From Macrostomum lignano (Eukaryota): a stretch of 64,000 nucleotides of DNA. How positions within the stretch are numbered: the first letter of the stretch is position 1; the number at the start of each line of letters is the position of its first letter. Shown one piece after another: positions 38,501 through 51,263 of the stretch. The stretch spans positions 235,637 to 299,636 of the forward strand of contig NIVC01000576.1 in assembly GCA_002269645.1 (NCBI GenBank). Reading direction: 5' to 3'. The notes beneath the pieces are model-generated. The model saw only the letters and a list, made by a program, of their open reading frames with translations, had not been told where the DNA came from and searched no databases. Position numbers and translations under genes: made by a program.

Positions 38501-39989
38501 AAAAGCCACCATGTCGAACATAAAAGAACCACCATGTCGAACATAAAAGAGCCACCATGTCAAACATTAAAGAGGCACCATGTCGAACATAAAAAAGCCA
38601 CCATGTCGAACATTATAGAGCCACCATGTCGAACATAAAAGAGCCACCATGTCAAACATTAAAGAGCCACCATGTCAAACATAAAAAAGCCACCATGTCG
38701 AACATTATAGAGCCGCCATGTCGAACATAAAAGAAACACCATGTCGAACATAAAAGAGCCACTATGTCAAACATTAAAAAGCCATTATGTCGAACATTAA
38801 AGAGCCACCATGTCCAACATATATGTGACTCCATGTTAAACATTAAAGAGCCGTCATGTCAAACATAACAGAGCCAGCATGTCAAACATAAAAGGACCAC
38901 CATGTCAAACAATAAAGAGGCACCATGTCGAACATTAAAAAGCCACCATGTTTAACATTAAAGAGCCACCATGTCGAACATTAAAGAGCTGCCATGTTGA
39001 AAATAAAAAAGCCACCATGTAGAACATTAAAGAGCCATCATGTCAAACATAAAAGAGCCACTATTTCAAACATTAAAGATCCATCATTACATTAAGGTGC
39101 CACCATGTCAAACATTAAAGAGCCACCATGTCAAACATTAACGAGTCACCATGTCAAGTATTTTCGTGACTCCATGTCAACCATAAAAGAGCCACCATGT
39201 CAAACATAAAAGAGCCACCACGTCAAACATTAAAGAGCCACCATGTCAAACATTAAAGAGCCACCATGTCAAACATAAAAGAGCCATCATGTTAAACATA
39301 AAAGAGCCATCATGTTAAACATTAAAGAGCCACCATGTCAAACATAAAAGAGCCACCATGTCAAAAATAAAAGAGCAACCATGTCAAACATATATGTGAC
39401 TCCATGTCAAGCAGTAAAGAGCCACCATGTCAAGCATAAAAAAGCCACCATATCGAACATAAAAGAGCCCCATGTCAAACATTAAAGAGCCACAATGTCA
39501 AACATTAAAGAGACACCATGTCGAACATAAAAGAGCCACTATGTCAAACATTAAAGAGACACCATGTTAGACATTAAAAAACCCCGAATAAAACATAAAA
39601 GAGCCACCATGTAGAACATAAAAGAGCCACCATGTCAAACATTAAAGAGCCACCATAAAAGATACACAATTTCAAACGTAAAAGTAAGCGTCATGCCAAT
39701 TTTAAAGGAACCACTGTAGAGCTTAGGAAATTGTTGCACTAGCTACTTATTTTCTGGGGGATGCTTGCCATTTGGGGGATGCTTGCTATCTGGGGGATGC
39801 TTGCTATCTGAGGGATGCTTGCCATCTGGGGGATGCTTGTTGTCTTGGGATAATTTCTTTTTGCATTACACTTTATTTGAGCAGTTTGTCTGTTGTCTTT
39901 GTGAAGGCTTTATTTGGCTGTCTTTTTGTTACTTGAAGAGAACAGAGATTCTATCCAGATTTCCCCCAACGGGGGGCGAAGATTGCTAG
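35513..39989 (+). mobile_element. Helitron-like non-autonomous unit A
   Basis: 5' TC(C)TATATACTAAAAATG, short microsatellite, ..GGCTCAACCGATTTT head; 3' CCCCCAACGGGGG hairpin followed by GATTGCTAG. Confidence 0.7.
36120..39660. repeat. 23-bp satellite inside unit A (about 150 copies)
   Basis: Unit CAT(A/T)AAAGAGCCACCATGTC(A/G)AA, with higher-order duplicated blocks. Confidence 0.96.
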
Positions 39990-42900
39990 TCCATATACTA
40001 AAAATGGTCTGTCGGTATATGTGTGTGTGTGTGATCGATTTTAGCAAAAACGGCTCAACCGATTTTCTTCGAACTTGCACTGTTCGATCAGAAATTTTTC
40101 CGTGACGGTACATGCATCTTGGCTAAGAAATTGCTCAATATTAAAGGGATTAAATATTCGAAAAACATGCTTTTTTGCAAAGGTCAAGCAGCGCTTTCGA
40201 CTTGAAATGCATTGTAAGAATGCTAGCAGAAAAACTGACTGGTTGAATTCTGATTCTGAAATAGATTGCATCACAATACACTTTATTTATCGTCTGTGTA
40301 CTGGCTGAATTTGACACTCAATTGAATTGCGTCACAGCTTTGAGTGTGAAAGCATAGCGCAGTACTGAATTTATATTACGTAACCATATTGTAAACTTTC
40401 ATAGACACTGGTACTGACTTGCCAAGAAATTGATTATGTCATAACTGCTTCGTGAGACTTTTTACTCTACCTGACTTGGTGTGAGTGTTGAATTATATAA
40501 GTGGTACAACATCACTGATAACTTCGATGAGAGCTAGCCTAGAGCTGAACAGACCAGACTGCTAATGCAGCGACCTGGGTTCGAATCTAAGTAGTTTAAA
40601 AGTAGTAGTGTAAATTTTTTTATTAAAAGGTTTTATTAAAGGACTAAATAAAAACACTTAGATTACTGCACTCGATAAGCCAAGGATTATTGCTATTAAT
40701 AAACCAAAGACTACTGCACTCGATAAACCAAGGACTATTGCTCTTGGCAAACCAAGGATTACTGCACTCAAGAAGCCAAGGATTATTGCTATTAATAAAC
40801 CAAGGATTACTGCACTTGGAAAACCAAGGATTACTGCTCTCGATAAACCAAGGACTATTGCTCTTGGCAAACCAAGGATTACTGCACTCAAGAAGCCAAG
40901 GATTATTGCACTTGGAAAACCAAGGATTACTGCACTTGATAGGCCAAGGATTACTGCACTTGATAAACCAAGGATTATTGCACTTGATAAGCCAAGGATT
41001 ACTGCGCTTGATAAACCAAGGATTATTGCACTTGATAAACAAAGGATTATTGCACTTGATAAACAAAGGATTATTGCACTTGATAAACCAAGGATTATTG
41101 CACTTGATAAGCCAAGGATTATTGCACTTGATAAACCAAGGATTATTGCACTTGATAAACCAAGGATTATTTCACTTGATAAACCAAGGATTATTAAATT
41201 TGATAAACCAAGGATTATTTCACTTGATAAACCAAGGATTATTGCACTTGATAAGCCAAGGATTATTGCACTCGATAAGCCAAGGATTATTGCTCTTAAT
41301 AAACCAAGGATTACTGCACTTGGAAAACTAAGGATTACTGCACTCGATAAACCAAGGACTATTGCACTTGATAAACCAAGGATTATTGCACTTGATAGGC
41401 CAAGGATTACTGCACTTGATAAACCAAGGATTATTGCACTTGATAGGCCAAGGATTATTGCACTTGATAAACCAAGGATTATTGCACTTGATAAGCCAAG
41501 GATTATTGCACTTGATAGGCCAAGGATTACTGCTCTTGATAAACCAAGGATTATTGCACTTGATAAACCAAGGATTATTGCACTTGATAAGCCAAGGATT
41601 ATTGCACTTGATAAACCAAGGATTATTTCACTTGATAAACCAAGGATTATTGCACTTAATAAACCAAGGATTATTTCTCTTAATAAACCAAGGATTACTG
41701 CACTTGGAAAACTAAGGATTACTGCACTCGATAAACCAAGGACTATTGCACTTGATAAACCAAGGATTATTGCACTTGATAGGCCAAGGATTACTGCACT
41801 TGACAGGCCAAGGATTATTGCACTTGATAGACCAAAGATTACTGCGCTTGATAAACCAAGGATTATTGCACTTGATAAACCAAGGATTATTGCACTTGAT
41901 AAGCCAAGGATTATTGCACTTGATAAACCAAGGATTATTTCACTTGATAAGCCAAGGATTATTGCACTTGATAAACCAAGGATTATTGCACTTGATAAAC
42001 AAATATTGCACTTGATAAACCAAGGATTATTGCACTTGATAAACCAAGGATTATTGCACTTGATAAGCCAAGGATTACTGCGCTTGATAAACCAAGGATT
42101 ATTTCACTTGATAAGCCAAGGATTATTGCACTTGATAAACCAAGGATTATTGCACTCGATAAACCAAGGATTATTTCACTTGATAAACCAAGGATTATTG
42201 CACTTGATAAACCAAGGATTATTGCACTTGATAAGCCAAGGATTATTGCACTTGATAGGCCAAGGATTACTGCGCTTAATAAACCAAGGATTATTGCACT
42301 TGATAAACCAAGGATTATTGCAGTTGATAAGCCAAGGATTATTGCACTTGATAAACCAAGGATTATTGCACTTGATAAACCAAGGATTATTGCACTTGAT
42401 AAACCAAGGATTATTGCACTTGATAAACAAATATTGCACTTGATAAACCAAGGATTATTGCACTTGATAAGCCAAGGATTACTGCGCTAGATAAACCAAG
42501 GATTATTGCACTTAATAAACCAAGGATTTTTGCACCTAATAAACCAAAAATTATTGCACTTGATAAACCAAGGATTATTGCACTTGATACTGGTAGGCCA
42601 AGGATTACTGCACTTGATAAACCAAGGATTATTGCACTTGATAGGCCAAGGAATTCTGCACTTGATAAACCAAGGATTATTGCACTTGATAAACCAAGGA
42701 TTATTACACTTGATAAGCCAAGGATTATTGCACTTGATAGGCCAAGGATTACTGCGCTTGATAAACCAAGGATTATTGCACTTGATAAACCAAGGATTAT
42801 TGCACCTAATAAACCAAAAATTATTGCACTTGATAAACCAAGGATTATTGCACTTGATACTGGTAGGCCAAGGATTACTGCACTTGATAAACCAAGGATT

Positions 42901-44351
42901 ATTGCACTTGATAGGCCAAGGAATTCTGCACTTGATAAACCAAGGATTATTGCACTTGATAGGCCAAAGATTACTGCGCTTGATAAACCAAGGATTATTG
43001 CACATGATAAACCAAGGATTATTGCACTTGTTAAGCCAAGGATTATTGCACTTGATAGGCCAAGGATTACTGCGCTTGATAAACCAAGGATTATTGCACT
43101 TGATAAACCAAGGATTATTGCAGTTGATAAGCAAAGGATTATTGCACTTGATAAACCAAGGATTATTGCACTTGATAAACAAATATTGCACTTGATAAAC
43201 CAAGGATTATTGCACTTGATAAGCCAAGGATTATTGCACTTGATAGGCCAAGGATTACTGCGCTTGATAAACCAAGGATTATTGCACTTGATAAACCAAG
43301 GATTATTGCAGTTGATAAGCCAAGGATTATTGCACTTGATAAACCAAGGATTATTTCACTTGATAAACCAAGGATTATTGCACTTAATAAACCAAGGAAT
43401 ATTTCACTTGATAAACCAAGGATTATTGCACTTGATAAGCCAAGGATTACTGCGCTAGATAAACCAAGGAATATTGCACTTAATAAACCAAGGATTATTG
43501 CACTTGATAAACAAAGGATTATTGCACTTAATAAACCAAGGATTATTGCACTTGATAAACAAAGGATTATTGCACTTGATAAACCAAGGATTATTTCACT
43601 TGAAAAACCAAGGATTATTGCTCTTGATAAACAAATATTGCACTTGATAAACCAAGGATTATTGCATTAGCTGAGAAGCTGATTACTGCGCTGTCTAAAA
43701 AAGAGAATTTTGCGCTCGCTGAGACGTGGATTGTTGCACAACCTGAGAAAGCGATTATTGCATTAGCGGAAGTAACATTTGCACTAGCTACTTGCTGTCT
43801 CGTGGATGCTTGCTCTCGAGGGGAGATACTTGCTATTTGGGAGAGGGGGTGCTGGCTACATGCATGGGATTCTTTCTATCCAGGGATGCTTGCTATTTAG
43901 GGATTCTTGCTATCTGCAGGATGCTTGCTATCTGGGTGGATGCTTGCTATCTGGGTGGATGCTTGCTATCTGGGTGGATGCTTCTATAATATCTGGGGGG
44001 TGCTTGCTAATCTGCAGATGCTTGCTATCTGCGGTGATTCTTGCTATGAGCCTTAGAGGATGCTTGCTATCTGCGATTGTTCACTTTTGGAGGGGGTTGC
44101 TTGCTGTCTTGGGAATATTTTCTATTTAGGGAAACGATATTTTGTTGACTGTTTGTTAATTTTAGAGAAAAAGTGATTTTTTAATTTTGCAAACATCTTA
44201 GTCCGTGACAATTTTACACGAATAAGGTGATTTTTAAAATGTGAAGAAGGAATTAGTGTTTAAGAAAATGTGTTTTTTTATTGTTTTCCATGAACTATTT
44301 TTGCTCCTTTCTTATTGGGCGCCCCGAAGGGGGGCCGCACTAGATTGCTAG
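39990..44351 (+). mobile_element. Helitron-like non-autonomous unit B
   Basis: 5' TCCATATACTAAAAATG head of about 640 bp; 3' GCCCCGAAGGGGG(G)C hairpin followed by GATTGCTAG. Confidence 0.75.
40650..43670. repeat. 24-bp satellite inside unit B
   Basis: Unit AACCAAGGATTATTGCACTTGATA; the source of the LINQGLLH ORFs. Confidence 0.96.
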
Positions 44352-45024
44352 TCTTATATACTAAAAATGGTCTGTTTGTGTGTGTGTGTGTGATCGATTT
44401 TAGCAAAAACGGCTCAACCGATTTTCTTCGAATTTGCACTGTTCGATCAGAAATTTTTCCGTGACGGTACATGCATCTTGGCTAAGAAATTGCTCAATAT
44501 TAAAGGGATTAAATATTCGAAAAACATGCTTTTTTGCAAAGGTCAAGCAGCGCTTTCGACTTGAAATGCATTGTAAGAATGCTAGCAGAAAAACTGACTG
44601 GTTGAATTCTGATTCTGAAATAGATTGCATCACAATACACTTTATTTATCGTCTGTGTACTGGCTGAATTTGACACTCAATTGAATTGCGTCACAGCTTT
44701 GAGTGTGAAAGCATAGCGCAGTACTGAATTTATATTACGTAACCATATTGTAAACTTTCATAGACACTGGTACTGACTTGCCAAGAAATTGATTATGTCA
44801 TAACTGCTTCGTGAGACTTTTTACTCTACCTGACTTGGTGTGAGTGTTGAATTATATAAGTGGTACAACATCACTGATAACTTCGATGAGAGCTAGCCTA
44901 GAGCTGAACAGACCAGACTGCTAATGCAGCGACCTGGGTTCGAATCTAAGTAGTTCAAAAGTAGTAGTGTAAAATTTTTTATTAAAAGGTTTTATTAATT
45001 AAAGGACTAAATAAAAACACTTAG

Positions 45025-47630
45025 ATTACTGCACTCGATAAGCCAAGGATTATTGCTATTAATAAACCAAGGACTACTGCACTCGATAAACCAAGGACTA
45101 TTGCTCTTGGCAAACCAAGGATTACTGCACTCAAGAAGCCAAGGATTATTGCTATTAATAAACCAAGGATTACTGCACTTGGAAAACCAAGGATTACTGC
45201 ACTCGATAAACCAAGGACTATTGCTCTTGGCAAACCAAGGATTACTGCACTCAAGAAGCCAAGGATTATTGCACTTGGAAAACCAAGGATTACTGCACTC
45301 GATAAACCAAGGACTATTGCACTTGATAAACCAAGGATTATTGCACTTGATAGGCCAAGGATTATTGCACTTGATAAGCCAAGGATTACTGCGCTTGATA
45401 AACCAAGGATTATTGCACTTGATAAACCAAGGATTATTGCACTTGATAAACCAAGGATTATTGCAGTTGATAAACCAAGCATTATTGCACTTGGAAAACC
45501 AAGGATTACTGCACTCGATAAACCAAGGACTATTGCACTTGATAAACCAAGGATTATTGCACTTGATAGGCCAAGGATTACTGCACTTGATAAACCAAGG
45601 ATTATTGCTCTTGGAAAACCAAGGATTACTGCACTCAAGAAGCCAAGGATTATTGCACTTGGAAAACCAAGGATTACTGCACTGGATAAACCAAGGACTA
45701 TTGCACTTGATAAACCAAGGATTATTGCACTTGATAGGCCAAGGATTACTGCACTTGATAAACCAAGGATTATTGCACTTGATAGGCCAAAGATTACTGC
45801 GCTTGATAAACCAAGGATTATTGCACTTGATAAACCAAGGATTATTGCACTTGATAAACCAAGGATTATTGCACTTGATAAGCCAAGGATTACTGCGCTT
45901 GATAAACCAAGGATTATTGCACTTGATAAACCAAGGATTATTGCAGTTGATAAGCCAAGGATTATTGCACTTGATAAACCAAGGATTATTGCACTTGATA
46001 AACCAAGGATTTTTGCACCTAATAAACCAAGGATTATTGCACTTGATAAACCAAGGATTATTGCACTTGATAAACCAAGGATTATTGCACTTGATAAGCC
46101 AAGGATTACTGCGCTAGATAAACCAAGGATTATTGCACTTGATAAACCAAGGATTATTGCACTTGATAAACCAAGGATTATTGCAGTTGATAAGCCAAGG
46201 ATTATTGCACTTGGAAAACTAAGGATTACTGCACTCAATAAACCAAGGATTATTGCTCTTGGCAAACCAAGGATTACTGCACTCGATAAGCCAAGGATTA
46301 TTGCTCTTAATAAACCAAGGATTACTGCACTTGGAAAACTAAGGATTACTGCACTCGATAAACCAAGGATTATTGCTCTTGGCAAACCAAGGATTACTGC
46401 ACTCGATAAGCCAAGGATTATTGCTCTTAATAAACCAAGGATTACTGCACTTGGAAAACTAAGGATTACTGCACTCGATAAACCAAGGATTATTGCTCTT
46501 GGCAAACCAAGGATTACTGCACTTGATAAACCAAGGAATTTTGCACTTGATAGGCCAAAGATTACTGCGCTTGATAAACCAAGGATTATTGCACTTGATA
46601 AACCAAGGATTATTGCACTTGATAAACCAAGGATTATTGCACTTGATAAGCCAAGGATTACTGTGCTTGATAAACCAAGGATTATTGCACTTGATAAACC
46701 AAGGATTATTGCACTTGATAAACCAAGGATTATTGCAGTTGATAAGCCAAGGATTATTGCACTTGATAAACCAAGGATTATTGCACTTGATAAACCAAGG
46801 ATTATTGCACTTGATAAACCAAGGATTATTGCACTTGATAAACCAAGGATTATTGCACTTGATAAACCAAGGATTATTGCACTTGATAAGCCAAGGATTA
46901 CTGCGCTAGATAAACCAAGGATTATTGCACTTGATAGGCCAAGGATTACTGCGCTTGATAAACCAAGGATTATTGCACTTAATAAACCAAGGATTATTGC
47001 GCCTAATAAAGCAAAAATTATTGCACTTGATAAACCAAGGATTATTGCACTTGATACTGGTAGGCCAAGGATTACTGCACTTGATAAACCAAGGATTATT
47101 GCACTTGATAGGCCAAGGAATTCTGCACTTGATAAGCCAAGGATTATTGCACTTGATAGGCCAAGGATTACTGCGCTTGATAAACCAAGGATTATTGCAC
47201 TTGATAAACCAAGGATTATTGCAGTTGATAAGCCAAGGATTATTGCACTTGATAAACCAAGGATTATTGCACTTGATAAACAAATATTGCACTTGATAAA
47301 CCAAGGATTTTTGCACTTGATAAGCCAAGGATTACTGCGCTAGATAAACCAAGGATTATTGCACTTGATAAACCAAGGATTATTGCACTTAATAAACCAA
47401 GGATTATTGCACTTGATAAACAAAGGATTATTGCACTTGATAAACCAAGGATTATTGCACTTGATAAACAAAGGATTATTGCACTTGATAAACTAAGGAT
47501 TATTGCACTTTATAAGCCAAAGATTACTGCACTTGATAAACCAAGGATTATTGCACTTGATAAACCAAGGATTATTGCACTTGATTAATCAAGGATTATT
47601 GCTATTAATAAACCAAGGATTATTGCACTA
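45025..47630. repeat. 24-bp satellite inside unit C
   Basis: Same unit as in B, with different variant order and length. Confidence 0.96.
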
Positions 47631-47849
47631 GCTGAGAAGCTGATTACGTCGCTGTCTAAAAAAGAGATTATTGCGCTCGCTGAGACGTGGATTGTTGCAC
47701 AACCTGAGAAAGCGATTATTGCATTAGCGGAAGTAACATTTGCACTAGCTACTTGCTGTCTCGTGGATGCTTGCTCTCGAGGGGAGATACTTGCTATTTG
47801 GGAGAGGGGGTGCTGGCTACATGCATGGGATTCTTTCTATCCAGGGATG

Positions 47850-48170
47850 CTTGCTATTTAGGGATTCTTGCTATCTGCAGGATGCTTGCTATCTGGGTGG
47901 ATGCTTGCTATCTGGGTGGATGCTTCTATAATATCTGGGGGGTGCTTGCTATCTGCAGGATGCTTCTATAATATCTGGGGGGTGCTTGCTATCTGCAGGA
48001 TGCTTCTATAATATCTGGGGATTCTTGCTATCTGCAGGATGCTTGCTATCTGGGTGGATGCTTGCTATCTGGGTGGATGCTTCTATAATATCTGGGGGGT
48101 GCTTGCTAATCTGCAGATGCTTGCTATCTGTGGTGATTCTTGCTATGAGCATTAGAAAATGCTTGCTATC
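47850..48170. repeat. GGATGCTTGCTATCTGGG(T/G)-type short array before the Helitron-like 3' end
   Basis: Related arrays occur at about 39755-39845 (unit A) and 43890-44090 (unit B). Confidence 0.8.
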
Positions 48171-50804
48171 TGCGATTGTTCACTTTTGGAGGGGGTTGCT
48201 TGCTGTCTTGGGAATATTTTCTATTTAGGGAAACGATATTTTGTTGACTGTTTGTTAATTTTAGAGAAAAAGTGATTTTTTAATTTTGCAAACATCTTAG
48301 TCCGTGACAATTTTACACGAATAAGGTGATTTTTAAAATGTGAAGAAGGAATTAGTGTTTAAGAAAATGTGTTTTTTTATTGTTTTCCATGAACTATTTT
48401 TGCTCCTTTCTTATTGGGCGCCCCGAAGGGGGGCCGCACTAGATTGCTAGTTCTTGCTATTGGCGGCTTGTCTGGCTATTCAGCTATATAGCTTATGTAG
48501 TGTACGCTCTGCGCGGTAATAATGTACTTGGCTTGGTCGATGAACTAACTCGTAGCAATACTCTTATTACGCAATGCTCTCGTGCCTATAAATATATTGA
48601 ATTGAGCAGTCGGCTCATTTAAGTGCATCGTTTCTCTCGCCAAACTAAATAGCTAGTCTGAGTCATTACAGCTTACTATACAAACGTACCGCATTCGACT
48701 CGTCTACACATGTACGTTGAGATCGCGGTTTCCTGGCTTACTTGAGTAGTAATACAACAGCATTGGAATCAATTTGCTTACTTTCGGATCTCCCAATGAA
48801 CTGAGAAATAGATAACCCAGAATTACCGCTCAGCAGCTCTTTTTGTTTGCTTCATACCTTAAATCGCTGGAGATTCCCGTTTTAATCTGCGCGTCTTCTT
48901 TCGCACATCAAAAATCAAACATCTCAAACTAGAAAAAAAGGATACACAATTGTCAAAACTTAAGTAAACTATATTTTCACATTAAAAGAAAATCGTTATT
49001 AAACTAGATATTAGATGTTAGACTAATAAATTGCATAATTTATATAGATTTTGCTTTCGAACTTGTATATATGCAAATAACCGTCAAAAAGTTGGAGTAA
49101 AAACGGTTTTTGTCAAACCGCTAAACTGCGAATATTTCAGTATCAAATTTTTCACTGACTGGCTTTATACTCGTACTTTATACGCTTTATTGGCTAGCAA
49201 ATTTTAGCTGGCAAACTTTCGGCAGGCAAACGTCGGCTGGCCAAACGTCGGCTGGCAAACGTCGGCTGGCAAACTTCGGCTGGCAAACGTCGGCTGGCAA
49301 ACGTCCCGCAGGCAAACGTCGTAGACCCTTGGAACACGGGTTGGGTCAAGGCGCGCTCTTTAAATAGCAGAGGGGGAGGGGCCAGGGGGACGGGCAGCAA
49401 GCGGACAGCCACTCCCACACTCCCACCCCACCAGACAGCCAATCACAAGCCGCCGCGGCACAGGGCAGAGAAGAAAACTGAACAGAACGTAGGTCAGGCC
49501 GGGGTGAGACGTGCGCCCCAAAACCCCGGCCTGGCCCATCGGCCAACCAGAGCCAAGGGGAAAGAGAGCGACGCAGCATTTACAACACCTACAATTATCT
49601 GACAGTGTCTGTCGAAACGTTCAAATTTAATATTGCAATAACAAAATTTACATTTCATACGAATTTCAATCCATCAAATTTTAAGACGTACATTGACATT
49701 GAAATAAATTCGCTTCGATTGCTCAAAAAAGATCTGAATGTGCTATAAAAGTTTGCCTTAATGAACACTATATTGGAGAAATGAAGCAGCCAAGTCAAAG
49801 AATTAGCGACGGGAAATGCCTTCTTGGGGATGCATTTTATATTTAGAGACGTCAGCTAAAGTTCTTGTGCGTTAAAGTGCATCGCTATCAACTTCGAAGC
49901 TTATCGAACAGGAAAAAAAATTCTTCGAACAGTTAACAACTTGTGCATGCCTAAATTTTGTGCGTTTAACAAAGATGAAATTTACTTTCCATTTCGATCC
50001 TGTGCATGTGTGTGTGTGTGTGTGCGCAAACGCATGCTCTAATATGCTGTCGGGTTTTTTCAAAACAATTTGTGCACTTGTAGCAAATGGTAGATTGGGA
50101 GCACGACAATTGACTGCCGACGATTTAGGTTAGGGTTAAGGTTTAGATTGGGTTTTAGCCTACGGTTTATGTTAGGGATAATGAATTAGGATTTAGATTA
50201 TGGTTATGTTTATGCTTTTTAGGTCCTTTAGATTATACAATACTCTAAATAATATGTCAAATTATTAGGCATACAATACGTCGTATATGGACCAGACGTT
50301 TTTAAGGCTCTTTGGGCAGACAATTTAGGACTTAACTGGAAAATTCAAAAGTGCGTGAGAATAAAGGGTAGGGTGTGTCCTTGGTGGTGTCTCCTTAAAT
50401 ATGGGGTCTAATAACGGAAAATAGTTTTCTTATAATCCAAGAGATTGTGACTTGCAGATTTTGTAATGATATAATGGGGTTGCGTTAGCGTGGTGTCGGT
50501 GTCGAAATCCAAATTTCCATTTCTCTGGTTAACTTTCTGTGTTAAACAGGCACTCTGCACCAAATTATACAAGTAGAATCTAACCATCGAGTCTTGTTTC
50601 TATAGAAGTACTTTCGATTCAGCCGTCTGATACCATCTTGGCATCACGGCAATGTCAGTGTAGTCTTCACTCGCCAGTTAACGTAATACGCACCTAATCT
50701 TTCAAGTGTTTAAACAGTAAATAATAATAAGGACAACTAAAAGTGTTAATATGATAACTATAGTGTGCAAGATCAAAGCCATTAATTGCAATCCAGCGTT
50801 TCTT

Positions 50805-51263
50805 CTACTGTGTCCCTGTGGCGTCCAATACACTGTTGTTGTAGTGCTTGGCGTTGTCGGACTTATCGAACACAACGGCGTAGACCTTGGGCAGGAACAG
50901 GATGCTCACCGCGAACAGGTTGGTGAACAGCAGAACGAAGATCAGCAGAGCGCCTGCTGACGTCAGCGAGGCCATCGTGACGAGGCTGGGAATGAAGGCG
51001 ATCCACACGAAGGTGGCGCACGCCGTGAAGGCCAGGATGCACTTGCTGTCGTGGAAATTGTCCGGCAGGCTGCGAACTCGCACGGCCAGCGAGCACGTGA
51101 CCAGCATGAGCAGCAGGTTGAGCGCGTAGGGAATCCACAGGCTGCTGGAGAAGTAGTCGCACTGGAACTCCACGACGGGTCTGGCGTCGGATCGGAGGCC
51201 GTTGAGCAGCTGCTTGACGGGGCGGATTGGACGCGTACTGAGAACGCTGCACAGAAGCACCAC
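50805..51263 (-). CDS. Class C GPCR-2, exon 2
   Basis: ACTCAG acceptor; near-identical to GPCR-1 exon 2 except for the last residues. Confidence 0.92.
   Translation of the reverse strand: MVLLCSVLSTRPIRPVKQLLNGLRSDARPVVEFQCDYFSSSLWIPYALNLLLMLVTCSLAVRVRSLPDNFHDSKCILAFTACATFVWIAFIPSLVTMASLTSAGALLIFVLLFTNLFAVSILFLPKVYAVVFDKSDNAKHYNNSVLDATGTQ

Larger units (their letters stand above)
44352..48450 (+). mobile_element. Helitron-like non-autonomous unit C (near-copy of B)
   Basis: Head and tail are nearly identical to unit B; ends in the hairpin plus CTAG, followed by T. Confidence 0.75.
34668..49328. mobile_element. Foldback-type DNA element (MULE/Merlin-like ends), 14.66 kb, non-autonomous
   Basis: Perfect 8-bp TSD TTGGAACA at 34660-34667 and 49329-49336; ends GGGATAGCGACGTTTGCC / GGCAAACGTCGTAGACCC; inverted arms 34668-35300 and 48990-49328; no transposase seen. 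Confidence 0.82.
34341..49587 (-). mobile_element. Solo LTR (about 580 bp), split into 34341-34667 and 49329-49587 by a 14.66-kb insertion
   Basis: The rejoined sequence is bounded by TGTTGTA / TACAACA and has CCAAT-like (49439) and TATTTAAA (49359-49366) motifs; no PBS or PPT outside; flanking 5-mers match only 3/5. Confidence 0.65.

Noticed and set aside
40644-47343. Long ORFs such as LINQGLLH, IKCNNPWF and SSAIILGL (up to 494 aa)
   Set aside because: They are translations of the 24-bp satellite, open in several frames on both strands, with no unique coding domain.
34676-47630. CRISPR-like appearance of the 23-29-bp repeats
   Set aside because: The repeats are directly tandem with no unique spacers and no cas genes, in a eukaryotic context.
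50120-50215. Degenerate TTAGGG-like tract
   Set aside because: Too short and degenerate to call an interstitial telomere; such tracts are common in TE fragments.
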